A DNA stretch of 64,000 nucleotides. It comes from Vicinamibacterales bacterium (GTDB taxonomy: Bacteria > Acidobacteriota > Vicinamibacteria > Vicinamibacterales > UBA2999). The position numbers and the translations under genes are program-made. The DNA is taken from positions 145,905 to 209,904 of the forward strand of contig JBFWVR010000002.1 in NCBI GenBank assembly GCA_050246635.1, read 5' to 3'. Position 1 is the first letter of the stretch. The number at the start of each line of letters is the position of its first letter. Below the pieces are notes generated by a model, which was not told the origin of the DNA, ran no database searches, and was given only the letters and a program-made list of their open reading frames with translations. Shown in pieces: positions 41,741 to 49,888 of the stretch.

Positions 41741-41790
41741 CTCCGTGCCTCCGTGTCTCCGTGCCTCCGTGTCTCCGTGCCTCCGTGTCC
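41741..41790. repeat. 8-mer tandem repeat CTCCGTGY x6 (right arm, inverted)
   Basis: CTCCGTGC/CTCCGTGT alternate six times. Reverse complement of 41583-41614, with a 126-nt spacer. Lies 31 nt downstream of the lipoprotein gene stop. Confidence 0.9.
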
Positions 41791-41821
41791 GCATTTCTGC
41801 GACGTCGGAGGCTTGGGCCGC

Positions 41822-42373
41822 TTACCGGACCAGCACCGCCGCCATCGTCACCGCCTTGTCCGCCAGCTTCCCGGCGAAGACGAGGTTGCCCTCCTTGAGG
41901 GCGGCTTCGGCCTGCTGGACGAAGCGGCGGGCCGTGTCGTACTGCGTCCGGCGGTCGGCGTCCAGGCCGGCGTAGTTCACGCGGCCGAGGTCCCGGTCCG
42001 CCCGGGCGACGAGCGCGCGGATGGAGGCCGCCGTCTGCGCCTCGGTGCCAGGCGCCGGGGTGAGGGTGAGGCTCGGGGTCGTCGCCGGCCGCGGAGGCGT
42101 CGGCGTCGAGGAGGCCGGCGCCGGCTCGGTGCGTGCCGGGGGCGCCTCCCGCCGGGGCTGCCCCGCCGGCTGCGGCGTCACGGGCGTCGCCGCCTCCGCC
42201 GGGCTGGCCATGGGCTCGGCGGGCGCCGGCTGGTCGTAGTCGGCGACGACCCGCGGCGGCGGCGGTGGCGGGCTCAGTTCCGGCATCGCCACCTCGGTCC
42301 GTGCCTGCGTCGTCGCGCACCCGGCCCCCAGGGCGGCGCCGCCGATCATCGCCACGAACAGGAGGGCCTTCAT
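41822..42373 (-). CDS. Hypothetical lipoprotein with Pro-rich linker
   Basis: Lipobox MKALLFVAMIGGAALGAGC. Pro/Ala-rich middle. Helical C-terminus (QYDTARRFVQQAEAALKEGNLVFAGKLADKA). Starts 9 nt after the kinase stop. Confidence 0.65.
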   Translation of the reverse strand: MKALLFVAMIGGAALGAGCATTQARTEVAMPELSPPPPPPRVVADYDQPAPAEPMASPAEAATPVTPQPAGQPRREAPPARTEPAPASSTPTPPRPATTPSLTLTPAPGTEAQTAASIRALVARADRDLGRVNYAGLDADRRTQYDTARRFVQQAEAALKEGNLVFAGKLADKAVTMAAVLVR

Positions 42374-42382
42374 CCTTCGATC

Positions 42383-43897
42383 CTACCGCGCGATCGGCAG
42401 CTTCAGCACGAAGCTCGTCCCCGCGCCCGGCGTCGACTCGACGTCGATGTCGCCATTGTGGAGCTGGACGGCCCGGAACACCAGCGACAGGCCGATGCCG
42501 GTGCCCCGCTCGCGCGTCGTGAAGTAGAGGTCGAAGATCCGCGCCAGGTTCTCGGGCTGGATGCCGATGCCGGTGTCCTCGACCCGGATCTCGAGGCGCC
42601 CGTCCCGTTCCGGGCCCGCCACCAGCCGCAGCCGCCCGCCATTCGGCATCGCCTGGACGGCGTTCTGCGCCACGTTGTAAAGCGCCTGCCGCAGCATCGT
42701 CCGGTCGGCCTCGATGGCGGGCGCGGTGTCGGCGCCGGCGACCTCGACGCTGACGCCGGCCGCCCCGGCCTCGGCCTGCACCGAGCGGGCGACCTCCTCT
42801 ATCAGCGCGCCGGCCGGGACGGTCGAAATCGTCAGCTCCTCCGGCCGCACGAACTTCAGGAAGCCCTGGACGACGTCGTCCAGGCGGCGAATCTCGCGCG
42901 CGATGGTCTCGGCGTGGGTGCTGGCGCCCGCGGCATCGGCGACCGACAGCTTCTGCTTGAGCAGCTCGAGGTGGATCGTCATCGCGTTCAGGGGGTTCTT
43001 CACCTCGTGCGCGACACCCGCCGTGAGACGTCCCACCGCGACGACGCGGCGGGAGAGCTCGGCGAGCTGGGCCCGCTTGACGCCCTCAGGGGCCGCGGCC
43101 TTGAGTTGCGCGGTGACGCGATCGAAGACGTCGCCGATGTCGCGGAACTCCTCGTCACGCAGGTCGAGCGTCGCGCCGAGATCACCGCGGCCCAGGCGGG
43201 TGAGGCCGCTGCGGATCACGTGGATGGGCCGCAGCACGACGTGCGACAGGAGCAGCGCCACCAGCACCGACACGCCGAAGGCGACGGCCGCCGCCAGGAG
43301 CGCGGGCCCCAGCGCGTCGTCCAGCTCGGTGCGGATCAGGAGCGTCGACACGCCGATGCGAATCTCGCCGAACGGCTCGCCGCCCAGTTCCATCTGCTGG
43401 CGCCACTCGAAGGTGCGCGCCTCCTCGTAGATCGACAGGAGCTTGGCGAGGCCGCCGCGGTCCAGCAGCGCCGCGAAGTCGCCGGCGGGCGGCAGCCGCA
43501 CGCCCACCTGCATCGGGTCGCCGTGCGCGACCACCGTGCCCGCCGGATCGACGATGGCGGCGTAGGCCACGCTCTCGCCGAGCGTGGCCGCGCGCAGCGT
43601 CGAACGCAGGCTCGGGTCGCGGCGGAGCGCCTCGTAGGCCTCGCCCCGCGTCGCGGCCCCGGCCGCCTGCAGGGCCTGGCCCGCCTGGTCGAACACGAGC
43701 GCCGAGAGCAGCTCCGCTCGCGCCCGGCTCTCCTCGAGCAGCACCCCCGCGAGCCGGACGACGTGCAGCGCGCTCAGGGCCACGACGACCACCGCGACGA
43801 AGGCGGTGACGCCGAGGACCTGCTTCTGCTTGATCGAGAGTTGGAGCGGCACGTCGGCTCGTCGCCCTGTCCCCGGGCCACAGGCCCGGCGGATCAC
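42383..43897 (-). CDS. Sensor histidine kinase (TM-HAMP-HisKA-HATPase)
   Basis: H-box GVAHEVKNPLNAM, N-box LYNVAQNAVQAM, G-boxes DTGIGI and GTGIGLS. GTG start, uncertain. Confidence 0.85.
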   Translation of the reverse strand: MIRRACGPGTGRRADVPLQLSIKQKQVLGVTAFVAVVVVALSALHVVRLAGVLLEESRARAELLSALVFDQAGQALQAAGAATRGEAYEALRRDPSLRSTLRAATLGESVAYAAIVDPAGTVVAHGDPMQVGVRLPPAGDFAALLDRGGLAKLLSIYEEARTFEWRQQMELGGEPFGEIRIGVSTLLIRTELDDALGPALLAAAVAFGVSVLVALLLSHVVLRPIHVIRSGLTRLGRGDLGATLDLRDEEFRDIGDVFDRVTAQLKAAAPEGVKRAQLAELSRRVVAVGRLTAGVAHEVKNPLNAMTIHLELLKQKLSVADAAGASTHAETIAREIRRLDDVVQGFLKFVRPEELTISTVPAGALIEEVARSVQAEAGAAGVSVEVAGADTAPAIEADRTMLRQALYNVAQNAVQAMPNGGRLRLVAGPERDGRLEIRVEDTGIGIQPENLARIFDLYFTTRERGTGIGLSLVFRAVQLHNGDIDVESTPGAGTSFVLKLPIAR

Positions 43898-43951
43898 GAG
43901 TCCCGCGGGGGGCGGGACGGTCCATGCGGCCGTGCGCCGGGGCCCGGCGCG

Positions 43952-45328
43952 TCAGCTGCCCTGCTTCATCCGGTTCAGCTTGTTGTGCAGCGTCTTCAGG
44001 CTGATGCCGAGCAGCTCCGCCGCGCGGGTCTTGTTGCCGCCGACCTGCTCGAGCGTCGCGACGATCAGCCGCTGCTCGACCTCGCCCACCGTCATGCCCG
44101 CGACGACGTTGAGGCCGGGGGCCGACTCGGAGGGCTTCGTCACGGGCCCGAGGCGCGGCAGGTGCCGGGCCTCGATCAGGTCGCCGCGCGACAGGATCGT
44201 GGCGCGCTCGATTACGTTGCGCAGCTCACGCACGTTGCCCGGCCAGTCGTACCGCTGGAGCTCGCCGAGCGCCTCGGGGGTGAGCGCCTTCACCGACTTG
44301 CGGTCGCGCTCGTTGAACTGCTCGATGAACGCCTGGATGAGCAGCTGCAGGTCCTCCATGCGATCGCGCAGCGGCGGCAGCGCGATGGTGAACACGTTGA
44401 GGCGGTAGTACAGGTCCTCGCGCAGCTTGCCCTGCCGGATGGCGTCGGCCGGATCGATGTTCGTCGCGGCCAGCACGCGGACGTCCACCTCCTGCTCGGC
44501 GCGGCCACCCAGCCGGCGGAACCGCCGCTCCTGGAGCACCCGCAGCAGCTTGACCTGCGTGGCGGGCGTCATCTCGCCGATCTCGTCCAGGAAGAGCGTG
44601 CCGCCGTCGGCGAGCTCGAAGCAGCCGGCCCGGCGGTCCATTGCGCCGGTGAACGCGCCCTTCTCGTGGCCGAAGATCTCGCTCTCGAGCAGCGTCTCGG
44701 GGATCGCGGCGCAGTTGATCGCGACGAACGGGGCCTCGGCGCGCGGGCTGAGCTGGTGGATCGTCTGCGCCACGAGCTCCTTGCCGGTGCCCGACTCGCC
44801 GATGACCAGCACCGAGGCGGTCGTCGGCGCCGCCTGCTCGATGACCTGGTAGATCTTCCGCATCTTCGGGCTGTTGCCGATGATGCGGCCGAAGCTGCCC
44901 TTCTCGCGGAGCTGCCGGCGCAGCACGAGGTTCTCGCGGCGCTGGTGGTTCAGCTCGGCGATGCGCTCGAGCAGCCGGCGCAGCTTCTGTGGATCGACGG
45001 GCTTGGTCAGGTAGTCCTCGGCGCCATCCTTCAGCGCCTCGACCGCGGTCTCCACCGTGCCCTGGGCCGTCAAGAGGATCACCTTGACGTGGTCGTCGTC
45101 GGCGAGCGAGCGGCACAGGTCCAGGCCGCTCATCTTCGGCATCACCAGGTCGGTGACGACGATGGCGGGGCGGAACGAGGTGACGAGCGCCAGGCCCGCC
45201 TCGCCGTCAGCCGCCGACTCGGTCACGAACCCCCAGGTTCGCACCAGCTCGGTGAGCCCGACGCGCGTCGACTCATCGTCTTCGACGATGAGCACGCGCT
45301 CGGAGGCGGGTGGTGCCGTCTCAGCCAC
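43952..45328 (-). CDS. Sigma54-dependent response regulator (NtrC family)
   Basis: REC ([19 protein letters not shown]), AAA+ ([14 protein letters not shown] loop in [10 protein letters not shown]), C-terminal Fis-type HTH ([19 protein letters not shown]). GTG at 45328 is uncertain. Confidence 0.85.
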   Translation of the reverse strand: MAETAPPASERVLIVEDDESTRVGLTELVRTWGFVTESAADGEAGLALVTSFRPAIVVTDLVMPKMSGLDLCRSLADDDHVKVILLTAQGTVETAVEALKDGAEDYLTKPVDPQKLRRLLERIAELNHQRRENLVLRRQLREKGSFGRIIGNSPKMRKIYQVIEQAAPTTASVLVIGESGTGKELVAQTIHQLSPRAEAPFVAINCAAIPETLLESEIFGHEKGAFTGAMDRRAGCFELADGGTLFLDEIGEMTPATQVKLLRVLQERRFRRLGGRAEQEVDVRVLAATNIDPADAIRQGKLREDLYYRLNVFTIALPPLRDRMEDLQLLIQAFIEQFNERDRKSVKALTPEALGELQRYDWPGNVRELRNVIERATILSRGDLIEARHLPRLGPVTKPSESAPGLNVVAGMTVGEVEQRLIVATLEQVGGNKTRAAELLGISLKTLHNKLNRMKQGS

Positions 45329-45352
45329 GGTTCGAGTGTACCATTTGCGTGC

Positions 45353-46099
45353 ATGTTTCCGGATCCCGCGGACGTCCCCGCGCCGCCGGCCGTGCCTGCG
45401 TCGCGCCGCGACGCGCGGCTGCGCGCGTTGTTCGAGGTGGTGTTGTGTTCCTCGTACCCGACGCAGCTTGCCATCGCCGGCCTGCTGCGCCTCGCCGGCC
45501 TGGCGCCCACGGGCCCGGACGGGCAGCTCTCGGGCACGTTCGTCTTCACCCTCTCGCTGCTCGACGCCGTCGTCCTGTTGTCGCTGATCGTGTTCTTCCT
45601 GCGGCGCGGCGGCGAGTCCCCAGCCCGGCTGTTCCTCGGCGCGCGGTCGAGCCTGCGTGAGGCGGCGCTGGGCCTCGCGCTGCTGCCCGCCGTCTTCATG
45701 GCCGTCGTCACGGTGCTGCTGCTCGTGCAGGCGCTGGCACCCGGGCTGCGCAACGTGCCGGTGAACCCGCTGGGGGCGCTGGCGGACACGCCGTGGGGAC
45801 TGGCCGGGTTCGTGGTGGTCGTGCTCGTGGCCGGCGGCCTGCGCGAGGAGCTGCAGCGCGCCTTCCTGCTCCACCGTTTCGAGCGGCACCTGGGTGGCGC
45901 CGCGGTGGGCGTGGTGGTCACGAGCCTCGCGTTCGGGCTCGGCCACACGGTGCAGGGCTGGGACGCCGCCATTGCCACCGGCGTGCTCGGCTTCGCCTGG
46001 GCGCTCCTGTTCCTCTGGCGCCGTTCGGTCGTCGCCGGCGTCGTCAGCCACGCGCTGTTCAACTGCGCGGAGCTGCTGCGCGCGGCGTTGCTGCCGTAG
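45353..46099 (+). CDS. CPBP-family intramembrane metalloprotease
   Basis: This is the C-terminal part of a 1448-aa shadow ORF. ATG at 45353. Motifs GGLREELQRAF, FGLGH, SHALFN. Divergent from the sigma54 regulator with a 24-nt gap. Confidence 0.75.
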   Translation: MFPDPADVPAPPAVPASRRDARLRALFEVVLCSSYPTQLAIAGLLRLAGLAPTGPDGQLSGTFVFTLSLLDAVVLLSLIVFFLRRGGESPARLFLGARSSLREAALGLALLPAVFMAVVTVLLLVQALAPGLRNVPVNPLGALADTPWGLAGFVVVVLVAGGLREELQRAFLLHRFERHLGGAAVGVVVTSLAFGLGHTVQGWDAAIATGVLGFAWALLFLWRRSVVAGVVSHALFNCAELLRAALLP

Positions 46100-46160
46100 G
46101 AATGCGATTGCGCCGTGTATTCCGTCTGTTCCGTGGATCCCGGGGTGCGCTTGATTCGCC

Positions 46161-46808
46161 CTACCCCTGCCGGAACAGTTCCACCACGTCGGTCCGCCTG
46201 CGCAAGTCGGAGATCCAGTCGGTGATGAGCTCGCTGCGGCGCGCGGCGCCGAGCCGTTCGCGGATGAGCCCCGTGGCCTCCTCGAAGGGAAGGCCGCCGC
46301 GTTCGAACTCCTCGCGGTGCGCATTGAAGTAGGCGGCGATCTCCTGGTCGGTGGGGATGCCGGCGACGGCGAAGCGCTGGTCGAGGTACGCCTGGATGCG
46401 CAGGTCGTCACGCACCCACGCGCGCAGGCGCTCGGCCGTGAACCCGCCCTCGGCGAGCGCACGCGCGAAGGCCTCGTCCGAGTCGAAGCGCTGGCGTGCG
46501 ACGGCCAGGCGGGCCTCCACCGCCGCGGGCGCCGGCTCTGGCGGTGCGTAGCGCTGGACCTCCCGGAGCACGAGCTGCCGATCGACCAGCCGTGCCGCCG
46601 CGGCCGCGATCGGATCCTCCGCCCCCGTGCCATCGACCAGCCCCAGCGCGAGGGCGGTGCGGGCATCACTGAGCGTGATCACCTGCCCCCCGACGATGGC
46701 GAGCGTGCGTTCGATCAGTTCCTGGTGCGCGTGACTGACGGTGGGCGCGAGAAGGAGTACGAAGGTCACGAAGGGTACGAAGGGCGCGAAGGGCACGAAG
46801 GACGTCAT
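46161..46808 (-). CDS. SurA N-terminal-domain-like periplasmic chaperone (no PPIase domain)
   Basis: MTSFVPFAPFVPFVTFVLLLAPTVSHA signal, then AIVGGQVITLSD...EIAAYFNAHREEF, helical and SurA_N-like. An alternative start at 46940 (TGATG with the bamA stop) would add a GTK-repeat N-terminus. Confidence 0.55.
   Translation of the reverse strand: MTSFVPFAPFVPFVTFVLLLAPTVSHAHQELIERTLAIVGGQVITLSDARTALALGLVDGTGAEDPIAAAAARLVDRQLVLREVQRYAPPEPAPAAVEARLAVARQRFDSDEAFARALAEGGFTAERLRAWVRDDLRIQAYLDQRFAVAGIPTDQEIAAYFNAHREEFERGGLPFEEATGLIRERLGAARRSELITDWISDLRRRTDVVELFRQG
46750..46803. repeat. 9-mer tandem repeat ACGAAGGGN (left arm), overlaps the signal-peptide codons of the surA-like gene
   Basis: GAGAAGGAGT ACGAAGGTC ACGAAGGGT ACGAAGGGC GCGAAGGGC ACGAAGGAC. 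The unit order is identical to 37346-37388. Confidence 0.95.
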
Positions 46809-46865
46809 GCGCCCCGTCACCACAGGATGCCAGGCGCGCGCCCTCTCGTCCGCCGGCGCGCCGCC

Positions 46866-46931
46866 CACCTTCGTGCCGCCCTTCGTGCCCTTCGTGCCCT
46901 TCGTGTCCTTCGTACCCTTCGTGTCCTTCGA
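46866..46931. repeat. 9-mer tandem repeat NCCCTTCGT x7 (right arm, inverted)
   Basis: ..ACCTTCGT GCCGCCCTTCGT GCCCTTCGT GCCCTTCGT GTCCTTCGT ACCCTTCGT GTCCTTCGA. 62-nt spacer to the left arm. Lies 8 nt from the bamA stop. Confidence 0.95.
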
Positions 46932-46939
46932 TCCAGTCA

Positions 46940-49888
46940 TCAGAATGCCTGCCCCAGCGAGATGTGCAGCACCGATCCCCGCTCCCGGTCGCCGTTCGAG
47001 AGCATGCGGGGGTCGAGGTTGAAGCCGAGGTCGATCCGGAGCGGGCCGATCGGGGAGCGATACCGCACGCCGAAGCCGGCCGCGGTACGCAGCTCCCCGA
47101 GGCGGATGTCGCCGGCCCGCGCGAAGACGTTGCCGGCATCGAGGAACCCGACGAGGCCGAGGCCCTTCCAGTAGGGCGCACGCAGCTCGAGGTTCAGCAC
47201 GACGAGCCCGTTGCCACCGGCCGGGAATCCCTGCCGGTTCAGCGTCTCGTCGGTGCCAAGCCGGTCGAGCACGAAGCCTCGCACCGTGGTGTCGCCGCCG
47301 GCGAAGAACCGCTCGCTCGCCGGCAGGTCCTCGACCACCTCCACCTGCGGCTGGCCGTCCGGGCCCGGCACGGCAACCCCGTCCTCGTCGAGGATGGTGA
47401 CCTCACGGGGGAATCCCTTGGCCAGCCCCACCCGGGCGCTCGCCGCCAGGACGAAGCGGCTGCCGCCGGGCAGGCGGCGGTACGTCGAGGCCTGCATGTA
47501 CGACTTCACGAAGCCGACCTCGGAGCCCAGCCACCGCGGGCCCGTGGTCACGTCGAAGCCCAGGACCGCGCCGCGTTCGGGATCCAGCACGTCGTTCCTG
47601 GAGTCGCGCAGCACCGATCCGGTCACCGTCGAGAGCCGGACCTGCGGGAAGAGCCGGTCGACCAGCACCCGCTCCTCGGGGGCAATCTTCTCGTCGAAGA
47701 GCCGTGTGCGCTCCACCGAGTAGCGGGCAATCGCGGTGAGGCCGTTGTCGAAGCGCCGGCTGTACTCCCCCCGCAGGCCCCGGCGGCGGAAGTTGAAGCT
47801 GGTCCGGATCGCCTGCTCGACGAAGGCCGTGACCTGCGCGTCGCCCGTGGTGCCGAACGCGCGCGGCTCGCGGTACGTGCCGATCACGCGGTACTCGTTG
47901 AACCCGTAGCCGCCGGTGTCGGTCGTGTCCGGCTCGTCGACGCCGGGATCACGCGGGCGGAGGCTGATGCGGGTGAAGAGGTTGATCGCGCGGTTCTTGC
48001 CCCAGAGGTTGCGACGGCCGATCTCGAAGAAGACCCGCGGCGCGATCTCGAAGCGCTCGCTCGCCTGGTCGGTGTCCTGGTCGGGGCGATAGCGCCGGCC
48101 CGCCTCGACGCCGCCGCCGTACGAAATCGTCGTCGCGGGCGCCTCCTCGACCGTGATCACCACGTCGCGGTTCGTGCTCGCGCCGTGCGGCAGCTCGGCG
48201 AGCCGGACGCGGCGGAAGAGGCCCAGCGCGCTCAGCCGCCGCTGGCTCTCGGCGAGCGCGTCCTCGCCCAGCGGCTCGCCGGGACGCAGCGTGACCTCAC
48301 GACGGATGAGGTCCGCGCTCGTCCGATCGTTGCCGGTGACGAGGATGTGGTCGACGAGGGTCTGCGGGCCCTCCTGCACCGTCCAGTGCACGTCGACGGC
48401 GCCCTCGCCGGCCGGCTCCACCGCGGCGCTCACCGACACCTGCTGGAAGCCGTCGTTCCGGTAGTACTGGCGAATCGCCTGTTCGTCGGCATTGACCAGG
48501 GGCCGGTAGAACGGGCGCCCGGCCGTCAGGTCGAGCAGGGCCCGCACGTCCGCGTCACGTGCCGGCGACACCCCTTCCACGGTCATGGCGCGCACGGTGG
48601 TCGGCTGGCCTTCCTCGATCGCCAGGGTGATCGCCACCGGCCGGTATGTGTTCCCGGCACCGCCCGCCTCCGGCAGCACGGCAATCCGGGGCTGCACGCT
48701 GGCGGCGGTGAACCCGCGCACGCGGTAGAGTTCGGTGATGGCGGACGCGACCGCCGACACCCGCGCGTCGACGAACGGCTCGCCCGCCTCCAGCCGGAGC
48801 AGGCCCCGGATGTCCTCCATGCCGAGCTGCGACTGGCCCTCGACCTCGACACGCTCCACGCGGTGCAACGGGCCGCGGGTGACGGTGAACGTGAGCACCA
48901 GCTCGCCGCGTTGCTCCTCGCGGGTGTACGGCGCCGAGGCATCCCGATAGCCCTCCTGCCGGAGCGCCCGCTCGATGTTGCGGCTCGCGTCCTCGAGCAG
49001 GTCCTGGTCGACCGACCGCTCGGCACGGATCGGCACCAGCGTCTCGAGCCGGCCCGCGGGCAGGGGATCGCCCGTGATCACGACCTCGACGTGCGGCCCC
49101 GCGTCCACGGCGACGTCGAGGCGCGCGGACACCCCATCGAAGGTCACGGTCGGCTCGACCGACGCCTCGTAATACCCAGCCTGCCGCAGCGCGTCCTCGA
49201 ACGCCGCGACCCGCTCGTCCACGACGGCCCGATCGTAGGCGTCACCGGCGGCCAGGCCCAGGCGGGCCTGAGGCACGCCGGCCGGCACCGTGCCCTCGAT
49301 GTTCACGGCCGACAGGCGCGTGCGGGGACCCGCCGTGATGTCGAGCACGAGGTGCGCGTCCTCGGGCGAGCCGCCGGGCACCACGCGTGGGACGATCGTC
49401 GCCCCGCGATAGCCGCGTTCGGCATAGAACGTGCTCAACGTGCCGACGATGGCGGGCACCCGTGCCGAGGACGGCGTCGCGCCGTAGAGGTCGTCGATCT
49501 CGCGACGAATCCGTCCCGCGCCCACCGCCGGCTGCCCCGTGATCTCGACGTCCACCAGCCGGCGCACCGGCGTCAGCGCCCAGCGCAGCGCCACGGCGTC
49601 GGCCGTCCCGGCGTCGCTCGCGAAGATGCGCACGTCCTCGAACCGCCCCAGGCCGACGAGGTGATCGATGGACTCCCGCACGCGCTGCATCGACAGGGGG
49701 TCGCCGACCCGCGTCTCGATCAGCTCGCGGACCGACGGGTCGTCGACCACCGCGCCATCGATCTCGATGCGGACCGTGGCGATCGGCCGTCCGACGTAGT
49801 CGAGCACGTCGGCGGAGGCCGGCGCCGCGGCGAGGCAGGCACACACCAGCAGGACCGGCAGCACGGCACGGCGCATCGCGGCGGACAT
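46940..49888 (-). CDS. bamA: Outer membrane protein assembly factor BamA (Omp85 family)
   Basis: Signal peptide MRRAVLPVLLVCACLAAAPASA, multiple POTRA-like repeats, C-terminal beta-barrel ending HISLGQAF. The ATG overlaps the tamB stop by 1 nt. Confidence 0.85.
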   Translation of the reverse strand: MSAAMRRAVLPVLLVCACLAAAPASADVLDYVGRPIATVRIEIDGAVVDDPSVRELIETRVGDPLSMQRVRESIDHLVGLGRFEDVRIFASDAGTADAVALRWALTPVRRLVDVEITGQPAVGAGRIRREIDDLYGATPSSARVPAIVGTLSTFYAERGYRGATIVPRVVPGGSPEDAHLVLDITAGPRTRLSAVNIEGTVPAGVPQARLGLAAGDAYDRAVVDERVAAFEDALRQAGYYEASVEPTVTFDGVSARLDVAVDAGPHVEVVITGDPLPAGRLETLVPIRAERSVDQDLLEDASRNIERALRQEGYRDASAPYTREEQRGELVLTFTVTRGPLHRVERVEVEGQSQLGMEDIRGLLRLEAGEPFVDARVSAVASAITELYRVRGFTAASVQPRIAVLPEAGGAGNTYRPVAITLAIEEGQPTTVRAMTVEGVSPARDADVRALLDLTAGRPFYRPLVNADEQAIRQYYRNDGFQQVSVSAAVEPAGEGAVDVHWTVQEGPQTLVDHILVTGNDRTSADLIRREVTLRPGEPLGEDALAESQRRLSALGLFRRVRLAELPHGASTNRDVVITVEEAPATTISYGGGVEAGRRYRPDQDTDQASERFEIAPRVFFEIGRRNLWGKNRAINLFTRISLRPRDPGVDEPDTTDTGGYGFNEYRVIGTYREPRAFGTTGDAQVTAFVEQAIRTSFNFRRRGLRGEYSRRFDNGLTAIARYSVERTRLFDEKIAPEERVLVDRLFPQVRLSTVTGSVLRDSRNDVLDPERGAVLGFDVTTGPRWLGSEVGFVKSYMQASTYRRLPGGSRFVLAASARVGLAKGFPREVTILDEDGVAVPGPDGQPQVEVVEDLPASERFFAGGDTTVRGFVLDRLGTDETLNRQGFPAGGNGLVVLNLELRAPYWKGLGLVGFLDAGNVFARAGDIRLGELRTAAGFGVRYRSPIGPLRIDLGFNLDPRMLSNGDRERGSVLHISLGQAF

